Of a stretch of DNA of 64,000 nt, positions 12,101 through 27,100 are shown piece by piece. The notes under the pieces were generated by a model, which was given only the letters and a program-made list of their open reading frames with translations, ran no database searches and had not been told where the DNA came from. The position numbers were made by a program, and so were the translations under genes. The DNA comes from Amphiscolops sp. MND2022. Lineage: Eukaryota. Location: the NCBI GenBank assembly GCA_964187785.1, contig OZ076410.1, positions 8,122,001 to 8,186,000 of the forward strand, given 5' to 3'. How positions within the stretch are numbered: the stretch's first letter is position 1; each line of letters starts with the position of its first letter.

Positions 12101-15100
12101 CTCATTCTTTTCAAGGCCTTCATCTCCGACTTTCGAAAGGACACGTTTTACATCTTCGGGGTGCTTTTCGAGGAACTCGTTCGCAAGTAATGCGTTCCTT
12201 GCACCATCACTGAGCTCCTCGGCTCGTACATTTCGCTCAACGTTTTTGGTTAGAACTTGCTCGCCTTCCTCTGGATGCTGCTCCAGGAACTTACTGGCTA
12301 ATCGTTTGTTTCTAGTTTCGTCATTGAGGTCTTCCAGTTTCCATTCTCCTTCAACCACACTGGCAAGCAATGCTTGCGCTTCTTGGGGATGTTGTTCCAA
12401 AAATGCGATCGCCAGTTTCTCTTTCGTTGTAGAATCAGTGAGCTCATTCTTTTCAAGGCCTTCATCTCCGACTTTCGAAAGGACACGTTTTACATCTTCG
12501 GGGTGCTTTTCGAGGAACTCGTTCGCAAGTAATGCGTTCCTTGCACCATCACTGAGCTCCTCGGCTCGTACATTTCGCTCAACGTTTTTGGTTAGAACTT
12601 GCTCGCCTTCCTCTGGATGCTGCTCCAGGAACTTACTGGCTAATCGTTTGTTTCTAGTTTCGTCATTGAGGTCTTCCAGTTTCCATTCTCCTTCAACCAC
12701 ACTGGCAAGCAATGCTTGCACTTCTTGGGGATGTTGTTCCAAAAATGCGATCGCCAGTTTCTCTTTCGTTGTAGAATCAGTGAGCTCATTCTTTTCAAGG
12801 CCTTCATCTCCGACTTTCGAAAGGACACGTTTTACATCTTCGGGGTGCTTTTCGAGGAACTCGTTCGCAAGTAATGCGTTCCTTGCACCATCACTGAGCT
12901 CCTCGACTCGTACATTTCGCTCAACGTTTTTGGTTAGAACTTGCTCGCCTTCCTCTGGATGCTGCTCCAGGAACTTACTGGCTAATCCTTTGTTTCTAGT
13001 TTCGTCATTGAGGTCTTCCAGTTTCCATTCTCCTTCAACCACACTGGCAAGCAATGCTTGCGCTTCTTGGGGATGTTGTTCCAAAAATGCGATCGCCAGT
13101 TTCTCTTTCGTTGTAGAATCAGTGAGCTCATTCTTTTCAAGGCCTTCATCTCCGACTTTCGAAAGGACACGTTTTACATCTTCGGGGTGCTTTTCGAGGA
13201 ACTCGTTCGCAAGTAATGCGTTCCTTGCACCATCACTGAGCTCCTCGGCTCGTACATTTCGCTCAACGTTTTTGGTTAGAACTTGCTCGCCTTCCTCTGG
13301 ATGCTGCTCCAGGAACTTACTGGCTAATCGTTTGTTTCTAGTTTCGTCATTGAGGTCTTCCAGTTTCCATTCTCCTTCAACCACACTGGCAAGCAATGCT
13401 TGCGCTTCTTGGGGATGTTGTTCCAAAAATGCGATCGCCAGTTTCTCTTTCGTTGTAGAATCAGTGAGCTCATTCTTTTCAAGGCCTTCATCTCCGACTT
13501 TCGAAAGGACACGTTTTACATCTTCGGGGTGCTTTTCGAGGAACTCGTTCGCAAGTAATGCGTTCCTTGCACCATCACTGAGCTCCTCGGCTCGTACATT
13601 TCGCTCAACGTTTTTGGTTAGAACTTGCTCGCCTTCCTCTGGATGCTGCTCCAGGAACTTACTGGCTAATCGTTTGTTTCTAGTTTCGTCATTGAGGTCT
13701 TCCAGTTTCCATTCTCCTTCAACCACACTGGCAAGCAATGCTTGCGCTTCTTGGGGATGTTGTTCCAAAAATGCGATCGCCAGTTTCTCTTTCGTTGTAG
13801 AATCAGTGAGCTCATTCTTTTCAAGGCCTTCATCTCCGACTTTCGAAAGGACACGTTTTACATCTTCGGGGTGCTTTTCGAGGAACTCGTTCGCAAGTAA
13901 TGCGTTCCTTGCACCATCACTGAGCTCCTCGGCTCGTACATTTCGCTCAACGTTTTTGGTTAGAACTTGCTCGCCTTCCTCTGGATGCTGCTCCAGGAAC
14001 TTACTGGCTAATCGTTTGTTTCTAGTTTCGTCATTGAGGTCTTCCAGTTTCCATTCTCCTTCAACCACACTGGCAAGCAATGCTTGCACTTCTTGGGGAT
14101 GTTGTTCCAAAAATGCGATCGCCAGTTTCTCTTTCGTTGTAGAATCAGTGAGCTCATTCTTTTCAAGGCCTTCATCTCCGACTTTCGAAAGGACACGTTT
14201 TACATCTTCGGGGTGCTTTTCGAGGAACTCGTTCGCAAGTAATGCGTTCCTTGCACCATCACTGAGCTCCTCGACTCGTACATTTCGCTCAACGTTTTTG
14301 GTTAGAACTTGCTCGCCTTCCTCTGGATGCTGCTCCAGGAACTTACTGGCTAATCGTTTGTTTCTAGTTTCGTCATTGAGGTCTTCCAGTTTCCATTCTC
14401 CTTCAACCACACTGGCAAGCAATGCTTGCACTTCTTGGGGATGTTGTTCCAAAAATGCGATCGCCAGTTTCTCTTTCGTGGTAGAATCAGTGAGCTCATT
14501 CTTTTCAAGGCCTTCATCTCCGACTTTAGAAAGGACACGTTTTACATCTTCGAGGTGCTTTTCGAGAAACTCGTTTGCAAGTAATGCGTTCCTTGCACCA
14601 TCACTGAGCTCCTCGGCTCGTACATTTCGCTCAACGTTTTTAGTTAGAACTTGCTCGGCTTCCTCTGGATGCTGCTCCAGGAACTTACGGGCTAATCGTT
14701 TGTTTCTAGTTTCGTCATTGAGGTCTTCCAGTTTCCAATCTTCTTCAACCACACTGGCAAGCAATGCTAGGGCTTCTTGGGGATGTTGTTCCAAAAATGC
14801 GATCGCCAGTTTCTCATTCGTTGTAGAATCAGTGAGCTCATTCTTTTCAAGGCCTTCATCTCCGACTTTAGAAAGGACACGTTTTACATCTTCGGGGTGC
14901 TTTTTGAGGAACTCGTTCGCAAGTAATGCGTTCCTTGCACCATCACTGAGCTCCTCAGCTCGTACATTTCGCTCAACGTTTTTGGTTAGAACCTGCTCGC
15001 CTTCCTCTGGATGCTGCTCCAGGAACTTACTGGCTAATCGTTTGTTTCTAGTTTCGTCATTGAGGTCTTCCAGTTTCCATTCTCCTTCAACCACACTGGC

Positions 15101-18100
15101 AAGCAATGCTTGCACTTCTTGGGGATGTTGTTCCAAAAATGCGATCGCCAGTTTCTCTTTCGTTGTAGAATCAGTGAGCTCATTCTTTTCAAGGCCTTCA
15201 TCTCCGACTTTCGAAAGGACACGTTTTACATCTTCGGGGTGCTTTTCGAGGAACTCGTTCGCAAGTAATGCGTTCCTTGCACCATCACTGAGCTCCTCGG
15301 CTCGTACTTTTCGCTCAACGTTTTTGGTTAGAACTTGCTCGCCTTCCTCTGGATGCTGCTCCAGGAACTTACTGGCTAATCGTTTGTTTCTAGTTTCGTC
15401 ATTGAGGTCTTCCAGTTTCCATTCTCCTTCAACCACACTGGCAAGCAATGCTTGCACTTCTTGGGGATGTTGTTCCAAAAATGCGATCGCCAGTTTCTCT
15501 TTCGTTGTAGAATCAGTGAGCTCATTCTTTTCAAGGCCTTCATCTCCGACTTTCGAAAGGACACGTTTTACATCTTCGGGGTGCTTTTCGAGGAACTCGT
15601 TCGCAAGTAATGCGTTCCTTGCACCATCACTGAGCTCCTCGACTCGTACATTTCGCTCAACGTTTTTGGTTAGAACTTGCTCGCCTTCCTCTGGATGCTG
15701 CTCCAGGAACTTACTGGCTAATCGTTTGTTTCTAGTTTCGTCATTGAGGTCTTCCAGTTTCCATTCTCCTTCAACCACACTGGCAAGCAATGCTTGCACT
15801 TCTTGGGGATGTTGTTCCAAAAATGCGATCGCCAGTTTCTCATTCGTTGTAGAATCAGTGAGCTCATTCTTTTCAAGGCCTTCATCTCCGACTTTCGAAA
15901 GGACACGTTTTACATCTTCGGGGTGCTTTTCGAGGAACTCGTTTGCAAGTAATGCGTTCCTTGCACCATCACTGAGCTCCTCGGCTCGTACATTTCGCTC
16001 AACGTTTTTGGTTAGAACTTGCTCGCCTTCCTCTGGATGCTGCTCCAGGAACTTACTGGCTAATCGTTTGTTTCTAGTTTCGTCATTGAGGTCTTCCAGT
16101 TTCCAATCTTCTTCAACCACACTGGCAAGCAATGCTAGCGCTTCTTGGGGATGTTGTTCCAAAAATGCGATCGCCAGTTTCTCATTCGTTGTAGAATCAG
16201 TGAGCTCATTCTTTTCAAGGCCTTCATCTCCGACTTTAGAAAGGACACGTTTTACATCTTCGGGGTGCTTTTCGAGGAACTCGCTTGCAAGTAATGCGTT
16301 CCTTGCACCATCACTGAGCTCCTCGGCTCGTACATTTCGTTCAACGTTTTTGGTTAGAACTTGCTCGGCTTCCTCTGGATGCTGCTCCAGGAACTTACTG
16401 CCTAATCGTTTGTTTCTAGTTTCGTCATTGAGGTCTTCCAGTTTCCAATCTTCTTCAACCACACTGGCAAGCAATGCTTGCGCTTCTTGAGGATGCTGTT
16501 CCAAAAATGCGATCGCCAGTTTTTCATTCGTTGTAGAACCAGTGAGCTCATTCTTTTCAAGGCCTTCATCTCCGACTTTAGAAAGGACGCGTTTTACATC
16601 TTCGGGGTGCTTTTTGAGGAACTCGCTAGCAAGTAATGCGTTCTTTGCACCATCACTGAGCTCCTCGGCTCGTACATTTCGTTCAACGTTTTTAGTTAGA
16701 ACTTGCTCGGCTTCCTCTGGATGCTGCTCCAGGAACTTACAGGCTAATCTTTTGTTTTTAGTTTCGTCATTGAGGTCTTCCAGTTTCCATTTTCCTTCAA
16801 CAACACTGGAAAGCAATGCTTGCGCTTCTTGGGGATGTTGTTCCAAAAATGCGATCGCCAGTTTCTCTTTCGTTGTAGAATCAGTGAGCTCATTCTTTTC
16901 AAGGCCTTCATCTCCGACTTTCGAAAGGACACGTTGTACATCTTCGGGGTGCTTTTTGAGGAACTCGCTTGCAAGTAATGCGTTCCTTGCACCATCACTG
17001 AGCTCCTCGGCTCGTACATTTCGTTCAACGTTTTTGGTTAGAACTTGCTCGGCTTCCTCTGGATGCTGCTCCAAGAACTTAATGGCTAATCGTTTGTTTC
17101 TAGTTTCGTCATTGAGGTCTTCCACTTTCCAACCTTCTTCAACCACACTAGCAAGCAATGTTTGCGCTTCTTGGGGATGCTGTTCCAAAAATGCGATCGC
17201 CAGTTTCTCATTCGTTGTAGAAGCAGTGAGCTCATTTTTTTCAAGGCCTTCATCTCCGACTTTAGAAAGGACACGTTTTACATCTTCGGGGTGCTTTTCG
17301 AGGAACTCGTTCGCAAGTAATGCGTTCCTTGCACCATCACTGAGCTCCTCGGCTCGTACATTTCGTTCAACGTTTTTGGTTAGAACTTGCTCGGCTTCCT
17401 CTGGATGCTGCTCCAGGAACTTAATGGCTAATCGTTTGTTTCTAGTTTTGTCATTGAGGTCTTCCACTTTCCAACCTTCTTCAACCACACTGGCAAGCAA
17501 TGCTAGCGCTTCTTGGGGATGTTGTTCCAAAAATGCGATCGCCAGTTTCTCATTCGTTGTAGAATCAGTGAGCTCATTCTTTTCAAGGCCTCCATCTCCG
17601 ACTTTAGAAAGGACACGTTTTACATGTTCGAGGTGCTTTTCGAGGAACTCGCTTGCAAGTAATGCGTTCCTTGCAACATCACTGAGCTCCTCGGCTCGTA
17701 CATTTCGTTCAACGTTTTTGGTTAGAACTTGCTCGGCTTCCTCTGGATGCTGCTCCAGGAACTTACTGCCTAATCGTTTGTTTCTAGTTTCGTCATTGAG
17801 GTCTTCCAGTTTCCAATCTTCTTCAACCATACTGGCAAGCAATGCTTGCGCTTCTTGAGGATGCTGTTCCAAAAATGCGATCGCCAGTTTTTCATTCGTT
17901 GTAGAATCAGTGAGCTCATTCTTTTCAAGGCCTTCATCTCCGACTTTAGGAAGGACGCGTTTTACATCTTCGGGGTGCTTTTCGAGAAACTCGTTTGCAA
18001 GTAATGCGTTCCTCGCACCATCACTGAGCTCCTCGGCTCGTACATTTCGTTCAACGTTTTTAGTTAGAACTTGCTGGACTTCCTCTGGATGCTGCTCCAG

Positions 18101-21100
18101 GAACTTACGGGCTAATCTTTTGTTTCTAGTTTCGTCATTGAGGTCTTCCAGATTCCATTCTCCTTCAACCACACTGGCAAGCAATGCTTGCGCTTCTTGG
18201 GGATGTTTTTCCAAAAACACGATCGCCAGTTTCTCATTCGTTGTAGAATCAGTGAGCTCATTCTTTTCACGGCCTTCATCTCCGACTTTAGAAAGGGCAC
18301 GTTTTACATCTTCGGGGTGCTTTTCGAAGAACTCGTTTGCAAGTAATGCGTTCCTTGCACCATCACTGAGCTCCTCGGCTCGTACATTTCGTTCAACGTT
18401 TTTGGTTAGAACTTGCTCGGCTTCCTCTGGATGCTGCTCCAGGAACTTACTGGCTAACCTTTTATTTCTAATTTTGTCATTGAGGTCTTCCAGTTTCGAA
18501 TCTTCTTCAACCACACTCGCAACCAATGCTTGCGCTTCTTGAGGATGCTGTTCCAAAAATGCGATCGCCAGTTTCGCATTCGTTGTAGAATCAGTGAGCT
18601 CATTCTTTTCAAGGCTTTCATCTCCGACTTTAGAAAGGACACGTTTTACATCTTCGGGGTGCTTTTCGAGGAACTCGTTTGCAAGTAATGCATTCCTTGC
18701 ACCATCACTGAGCTCCACGGCTCGTACATTTCGTTCAACGATTTCAGTTAGAACTTGCTTGGCTTCCTCTGGATGCTGCTCCAGGAACTTACGGGCTAAT
18801 CTTTTGTTTCTAGTTTCGTCATTGAGGTCTTCCAGTTTCCATTCTCCTTCAACCACACTGGCAAGCAATGCTTGCGCTTCTTGGGGATGTTGTTCGAAAA
18901 ATGCGATCGCCAGTTTCTCATTCGTTATAGAATCAGTGAGCTCATTCTTTTCACGGCCTTCATCTCCGACTTTAGAAAGGACACGTTTTACATCTTCGGG
19001 GTGCTTTTCGAGGAACTCGTTTGCAAGTAATGCATTCCTTGCATCATCACTGAGCTCCACGGCTCGTACATTTCGTTCAACGTTTTTAGTTAGAACTTGC
19101 TTGGCTTCCTCTGGATGCTGCTCCAGGAACTTACTGGCTATTCTTTTGTTTCTAGTTTCGTCATTGAGGTCTTCCAGTTTCCAATCTTCTTCAACCACAC
19201 TGGCAAGCAATGCTAGGGCTTCTTGGGGATGTTGTTCCAAAAATGCGATCGCCAGTTTCTCATTCGTTGTAGAATCAGTGAGCTCATTCTTTTCAAGGCC
19301 TTCATCTCCGACTTTAGAAAGGACACGTTTTACATCTTCGGGGTGCTTTTTGAGGAACTCGTTCGCAAGTAATGCGTTCCTTGCACCATCACTGAGCTCC
19401 TCGACTCGTACATTTCGCTCAACGTTTTTAGTTAGAACTTGCTTGGCTTCCTCTGGATGCTGCTCCAGGAACTTACGGGCTAATCTTTTGTTTCTAGTTT
19501 CGTCATTGAGGTCTTCCAGTTTCCAATCTTCTTCAACCACACTGGCAAGCAATGCTAGGGCTTCTTGGGGATGTTGTTCCAAAAATGCGATCGCCAGTTT
19601 CTCATTCGTTGTAGAATCAGTGAGCTCATTCTTTTCAAGGCCTTCATCTCCGACTTTAGAAAGGACACGTTTTACATCTTCGGGGTGCTTTTTGAGGAAC
19701 TCGTTCGCAAGTAATGCGTTCCTTGCACCATCACTGAGCTCCTCGACTCGTACATTTCGCTCAACGTTTTTAGTTAGAACTTGCTTGGCTTCCTCTGGAT
19801 GCTGCTCCAGGAACTTACGGGCTAATCTTTTGTTTCTAGTTTCGTCATTGAGGTCTTCCAGTTTCCATTCTCCTTCAACCACACTGGCAAGCAATGCTTG
19901 CGCTTCTTGGGGATGTTGTTCAAAAAATGCGATCGCCAGTTTCTCATTCGTTGTAGAATCAGTGAGCTCATTCTTTTCAAGGCCTTCATCTCCGACTTTA
20001 GAGAGGACACGTTTTACATCTTCGGGGTGCTTTTCGAGGAACTCGTTCGCAAGTAATGCATTTCTTGCACCATCACTGAGCTCTACGGCTCGTACATTTC
20101 GTTCAACGTTTTTAGTTAGAACTTGCTTGGCTTCCTCTGGATGCTGCTCCAGGAACTTACGGGCTAATCTTTTGTTTCTAGTTGCGTCATTGAGGTCTTC
20201 CAGTTTCCATTCTCCTTCAACCACACTGGCAAGCAATGCTTGCGCTTCTTGGGGATGTTGTTCCAAAAATGCGATCGCCAGTTTCTCATTCGTTGTAGAA
20301 TCAGTGAGCTCATTCTTTTCAAGGCCTTCATCTCCGACTTTAGAAAGGACACGTTTTACATCTTCGGGGTGCTTTTCGAGGAACTCGTTTGCAAGTAATG
20401 CGTTCCTTGCACCATCACTGAGCTCCTCGAATCGTACATTTCGTTCAACGTTTTCAGTTAGAACTTGCTCGGCTTCCTCTGGATGCTGCTCCAGGAACTT
20501 ACGGGCTAATCTTTTGTTTCTAGTTTCGTCATCGAGGTCTTCCAGTTTCCATTCTCCTTCAACCACAATGGCAAGCAATGCTTTCGCTTCTTGGGGAAGT
20601 TGTTCCAAAAATGCGATCGCCAGTTTCTCATTCGTTGTAGAATCAGTGAGCTCATTCTTTTCAAGGCCTTCATCTCCGACTTTCGAAAGGACACGTTGTA
20701 CATCTTCGGGGTGCTTTTCGAGGAACTCGTTCGCAAGTAATGCGTTCCTTGCACCATCACTGAGCTCCTCGGCTCGTACATTTCGTTCAACGTTTTTAGT
20801 TAGAACTTGCTCGGCTTCCTCTGGATGCTGCTCCAGGAACTTACTGGCTAATCTTTTGTTTCTAGTTTCGTCATTGAGGTCTTCCAGTTTCCATTCTCCT
20901 TCAACCACACTGGCAAGCAATGCTTGCGCTTCTTGGGGATGTTGTTCCAAAAAGGCGATCGCCAGTTTCTCATTCGTTGTAGAATCAGTGAGCTCATTCT
21001 TTTCAAGGCCTTCATCTCCGACTTTAGAAAGGACACGTTTTACATCTTCGGGGTGTTTTTCGAGGAACTCGTTTGCAAGTAATGCGTTCCTTGCACCATC

Positions 21101-24100
21101 ACTGAGCTCCTCGACTCGTACATTTCGTTCAACGTTTTCAGTTAGAACTTGCTCGGCTTCCTCTGGATGCTGCTCCAGGAACTTACGGGCTAATCTTTTG
21201 TTTCTAGTTTCGTCATTGAGGTCTTCCAGTTCCCATTCTCCTTCAACCACACTGGCAAGCAATGCTTTCGCTTCTTGGGGAAGTTGTTCCAAAAATGCGA
21301 TCGCCAGTTTCTCATTCGTTGTAGAATCGGTGAGCTCATTCTTTTCAAGGCCTTCATCTCCAACATTAGACATGACACGTTTTACATCTTCGGGGTGCTT
21401 TTTGAGGAACTTGCTTGCAAGTAATGAGTTCCTTGCACCATCACTCAGCTCCTCGGCTCGTACTTTTCGTTCAACGTTTTTGGTTAGAACTTGCTCGGCT
21501 TCCTCTGGATGTTGCTCCAGGAACTCACTGGCTAATCTTTTGTTTCTAGTTTCGTCATTGAAGTCTTCCAGTTTCCATTCTCCTTCAACCACACTATCAA
21601 GCAATGCTTGCGCTTCTTGGGGATGCTGTTCCAAAAATGCGATCGCCAGTTTCTCATTCGTTGTAGAATCAGTGAGGTCATTCTCTTCAAGGCCTTCATC
21701 TCCGACTTTAGAAAGGACACGTTGTACATCTTCGGGGTGCTTTTCGAGGAACTCGTTTGCAAGTAATGCGTTCCTTGCACCATCACTGAGCTCCTCGGCT
21801 CGTACATTTCGTTCAATGTTTTTGTTTAGAACTTGCTCGGCTTCCTCTGGATGCTGCTCCAGGAACTTACTGGCTAATCTTTCGTTTCTAGTTTCGTCAT
21901 TGAGGTTTTCCAGTTTCCATTCTTCTTCAACCACTCTAGCAAGCAATGCTTGCGCTTCTTGGGGATGTTGCTCCAAAAATGCGATCGCCAGTTTCTCATT
22001 CGTTGTAGAATCAGTGAGCTCATTCTTTTCAAGGCCTTCATCTCCAACATTAGACAGGACACGTTTTACATCTTCGGGGTGCTTTTTGAGGAACTGGCTT
22101 GCAAGTGATGCGTTCCTTGCACCTTCACTCAGCTCCTCGGCTCGTACATTTCGTTCAACGTTTTTGGTTAGAACTTCCTCGGCTTCCTCTGGATGTTGCT
22201 CCAGGAACTTACTGGCTAATCTTTCGTTTCTAGTTTCGTCATTGAGGTCTTCCAGTTTCCATTCTCCTTCAACCACACTAGCAAGCAATGCTTGCGCTTC
22301 TTGGGGATGTTGTTCCAAAAATGCGATCGCCAGTTTCTCATTCGTTGTAAAATCAGTGGGCTCATTCTTTTCAAAGCTTTCATCTCCGACTTTAGAAAGG
22401 ACACGTTTTACATCTTCGGGGTGCTTTTTGAGGAACTCGCTTGCAAGTAATGCGTTCCTTGCACCATCACTGAGCTCCTCGGCTCGTACATTTCGTTCAA
22501 CGTTTTTGGTTAGAATTTGCTCAGCTTCCTCTGGATGCTGCTCCAGGAACTTACTGGCTAATCTTTTGTTTCTAATTTCGTCATTGAGGACTTCCAGTTT
22601 CCAATCTTCTTCAACCACACTGGCAAACAATGCTTGCGCTTCTTGGGGATGTTGTTCCAAAAACGCGATCGCCAGTTTCTCATTCGTTGTAAAATCAGTG
22701 GGCTCATTCTTTTCAAAGCCTTCATCTCCGACTTTAGAAAGGACACGTTTTACATCTTCGGGGTGTTTTTTGAAGAACTCGCTTGCAAGTAATGCGTTCC
22801 TTGCACCATCACTGAGCTCCTCGGCTCGTACATTTTGTTCGACGTTTTTGGTTAGAATTTGCTCAGCTTCCTCTGGATGCTGCTCCAGGAACTTACTGGC
22901 TAATCTTTTGTTTCTAATTTCGTCATTGAGGACTTCCAGTTTCCAATCTTCTTCAACCACACTGGCAAGCAATGCTTGCGCTTCTTGGGGATGTTGTTCC
23001 AAAAACGCGATCGCCAGTTTCTCATTCGTTGTAAAATCAGTGGGCTCATTCTTTTCAAAGCCTTCATCTCCGACTTTAGAAAGGACACGTTTTACATCTT
23101 CGGGGTGCTTTTTGAAGAACTCGCTTGCAAGTAATGCGTTCCTTGCACCATCACTGAGCTCCTCGGCTCGTACGTTTTGTTCGACGTTTTTGGTTAGAAC
23201 TTGCTCAGCTTCCTCTGGATGCTGCTCCAGGAACTTACTGGCTAATCTTTTGTTTCTAGTTTCGTCATTGAGAGCTTCCAGTTTCCAATCTTCTTCAACC
23301 ACACTGGCAAGCAATGCTTGCGCTTCTTGGGGGTGTTGTTCCAAAAACGCGATCGCCAGTTTCTCATTCGTTGTAAAATCAGTGGGCTCATTCTTTTCAA
23401 AGCTTTCATCTCCGACTTTAGAAAGGACACGTTTTACATCTTCGGGGTGCTTTTTGAGGAACTCGCTTGCAAGTAATGCGTTCCTTGCACCATCACTGAG
23501 CTCCTCGGCTCGTACATTTCGTTCAACGTTTTTGGTTAGAATTTGCTCAGCTTCCTCTGGATGCTGCTCCAGGAACTTACTGGCTAATCTTTTGTTTCTA
23601 ATTTCGTCATTGAGGACTTCCAGTTTCCAATCTTCTTCAACCACACTGGCAAACAATGCTTGCGCTTCTTGGGGATGTTGTTCCAAAAACGCGATCGCCA
23701 GTTTCTCATTCGTTGTAAAATCAGTGGGCTCATTCTTTTCAAAGCCTTCATCTCCGACTTTAGAAAGGACACGTTTTACATCTTCGGGGTGTTTTTCGAG
23801 GAACTCGTTTGCAAGTAATGCGTTCCTTGCACCATCACTGAGCTCCTCGACTCGTACATTTCGTTCAACGTTTTCAGTTAGAACTTGCTCGGCTTCCTCT
23901 GGATGCTGCTCCAGGAACTTACGGGCTAATCTTTTGTTTCTAGTTTCGTCATTGAGGTCTTCCAGTTCCCATTCTCCTTCAACCACACTGGCAAGCAATG
24001 CTTTCGCTTCTTGGGGAAGTTGTTCCAAAAATGCGATCGCCAGTTTCTCATTCGTTGTAGAATCGGTGAGCTCATTCTTTTCAAGGCCTTCATCTCCAAC

Positions 24101-27100
24101 ATTAGACATGACACGTTTTACATCTTCGGGGTGCTTTTTGAGGAACTTGCTTGCAAGTAATGAGTTCCTTGCACCATCACTCAGCTCCTCGGCTCGTACT
24201 TTTCGTTCAACGTTTTTGGTTAGAACTTGCTCGGCTTCCTCTGGATGTTGCTCCAGGAACTCACTGGCTAATCTTTTGTTTCTAGTTTCGTCATTGAAGT
24301 CTTCCAGTTTCCATTCTCCTTCAACCACACTATCAAGCAATGCTTGCGCTTCTTGGGGATGCTGTTCCAAAAATGCGATCGCCAGTTTCTCATTCGTTGT
24401 AGAATCAGTGAGGTCATTCTCTTCAAGGCCTTCATCTCCGACTTTAGAAAGGACACGTTGTACATCTTCGGGGTGCTTTTCGAGGAACTCGTTTGCAAGT
24501 AATGCGTTCCTTGCACCATCACTGAGCTCCTCGGCTCGTACATTTCGTTCAATGTTTTTGTTTAGAACTTGCTCGGCTTCCTCTGGATGCTGCTCCAGGA
24601 ACTTACTGGCTAATCTTTCGTTTCTAGTTTCGTCATTGAGGTTTTCCAGTTTCCATTCTTCTTCAACCACTCTAGCAAGCAATGCTTGCGCTTCTTGGGG
24701 ATGTTGCTCCAAAAATGCGATCGCCAGTTTCTCATTCGTTGTAGAATCAGTGAGCTCATTCTTTTCAAGGCCTTCATCTCCAACATTAGACAGGACACGT
24801 TTTACATCTTCGGGGTGCTTTTTGAGGAACTGGCTTGCAAGTGATGCGTTCCTTGCACCTTCACTCAGCTCCTCGGCTCGTACATTTCGTTCAACGTTTT
24901 TGGTTAGAACTTCCTCGGCTTCCTCTGGATGTTGCTCCAGGAACTTACTGGCTAATCTTTCGTTTCTAGTTTCGTCATTGAGGTCTTCCAGTTTCCATTC
25001 TCCTTCAACCACACTAGCAAGCAATGCTTGCGCTTCTTGGGGATGTTGTTCCAAAAATGCGATCGCCAGTTTCTCATTCGTTGTAAAATCAGTGGGCTCA
25101 TTCTTTTCAAAGCTTTCATCTCCGACTTTAGAAAGGACACGTTTTACATCTTCGGGGTGCTTTTTGAGGAACTCGCTTGCAAGTAATGCGTTCCTTGCAC
25201 CATCACTGAGCTCCTCGGCTCGTACATTTCGTTCAACGTTTTTGGTTAGAATTTGCTCAGCTTCCTCTGGATGCTGCTCCAGGAACTTACTGGCTAATCT
25301 TTTGTTTCTAATTTCGTCATTGAGGACTTCCAGTTTCCAATCTTCTTCAACCACACTGGCAAGCAATGCTTGCGCTTCTTGGGGATGTTGTTCCAAAAAC
25401 GCGATCGCCAGTTTCTCATTCGTTGTAAAATCAGTGGGCTCATTCTTTTCAAAGCCTTCATCTCCGACTTTAGAAAGGACACGTTTTACATCTTCGGGGT
25501 GCTTTTTGAAGAACTCGCTTGCAAGTAATGCGTTCCTTGCACCATCACTGAGCTCCTCGGCTCGTACGTTTTGTTCGACGTTTTTGGTTAGAACTTGCTC
25601 AGCTTCCTCTGGATGCTGCTCCAGGAACTTACTGGCTAATCTTTTGTTTCTAGTTTCGTCATTGAGAGCTTCCAGTTTCCAATCTTCTTCAACCACACTG
25701 GCAAGCAATGCTTGCGCTTCTTGGGGGTGTTGTTCCAAAAACGCGATCGCCAGTTTCTCATTCGTTGTAAAATCAGTGGGCTCATTCTTTTCAAAGCTTT
25801 CATCTCCGACTTTAGAAAGGACACGTTTTACATCTTCGGGGTGCTTTTTGAGGAACTCGCTTGCAAGTAATGCGTTCCTTGCACCATCACTGAGCTCCTC
25901 GGCTCGTACATTTCGTTCAACGTTTTTGGTTAGAATTTGCTCAGCTTCCTCTGGATGCTGCTCCAGGAACTTACTGGCTAATCTTTTGTTTCTAATTTCG
26001 TCATTGATGACTTCCAGTTTCCAATCTTCTTCAACCACACTGGCAAACAATGCTTGCGCTTCTTGGGGATGTTGTTCCAAAAACGCGATCGCCAGTTTCT
26101 CATTCGTTGTAAAATCAGTGGGCTCATTCTTTTCAAAGCCTTCATCTCCGACTTTAGAAAGGACACGTTTTACATCTTCGGGGTGCTTTTTGAGGAACTC
26201 GCTTGCAAGTATTGCGTTCCTTGCACCATCACTGAGCTCCTCGGCTTGTACGTTTCGTTCAACGTTTTTGGTTAGAACTTGCTCGGCTTCCTCTGGATGC
26301 TGCTCCAGGAACTTACTGGCTAATCTTTTGTTTCTAATTTCGTCATTGAGGTCTTCCAGTTTCCAATCTTTTTCAACCACACTAGCAAGCAATGCTTGCG
26401 CTTCTTGAGGATGCTGTTCCAAAAATGCGATCGCCAGTTTTTCATTCGTTGTAGAATCAGTGAGCTCATTCTTTTCAAGGCCTTCATCTCCGACTTTAGA
26501 AAGGACGCGTTTTACATCTTCGGGGTGCTTTTTGAGGAACTCGCTAGCAAGTATTGCGTTCCTTGCACCATCACTGAGCTCCTCGGCTCGTACATTTCGT
26601 TCAACGTTTTTGATTAGAACTTGCTCGGCTTCCTCTAGATGCTGCTCCAGGAACTTACTGGCTAATCTCTTGTTTCTAGTTTCGTCATTGAGGTCTTCCA
26701 GTTTCCAATCTTCTTCAACCACACTGGCAAGCAATGCTTGCGCTTCTTGAGGATGCTGTTCCAAAAACGCGATCGCCAGTTTCTCATTCGTTGTAGAATC
26801 AGTGAGCTCATTTGTTTCAAGGCCTCCATCTCCGACTTTAGAAAGGACGCGTTTTACATCTTCGGGGTGCTTTTCGAGGAACGCGTTTGCAAGTAATGCG
26901 TTCCTTGCACCATCACTGAGCTCCTCGGCTCGTACATTTCGTTCAACGTTTTTGGTTAGAACTTGCTCGGCTTCCTCTGGATGCTGCTCCAGGAACTTAC
27001 TGGCTAATCTTTTGTTTCTAGTATCGTCATTGAGGTCTTCCAGTTTCCAATCTTCTTCAACCACACTGGCAAGCAATGCTTGCGCTTCTTGAGGATGCTG

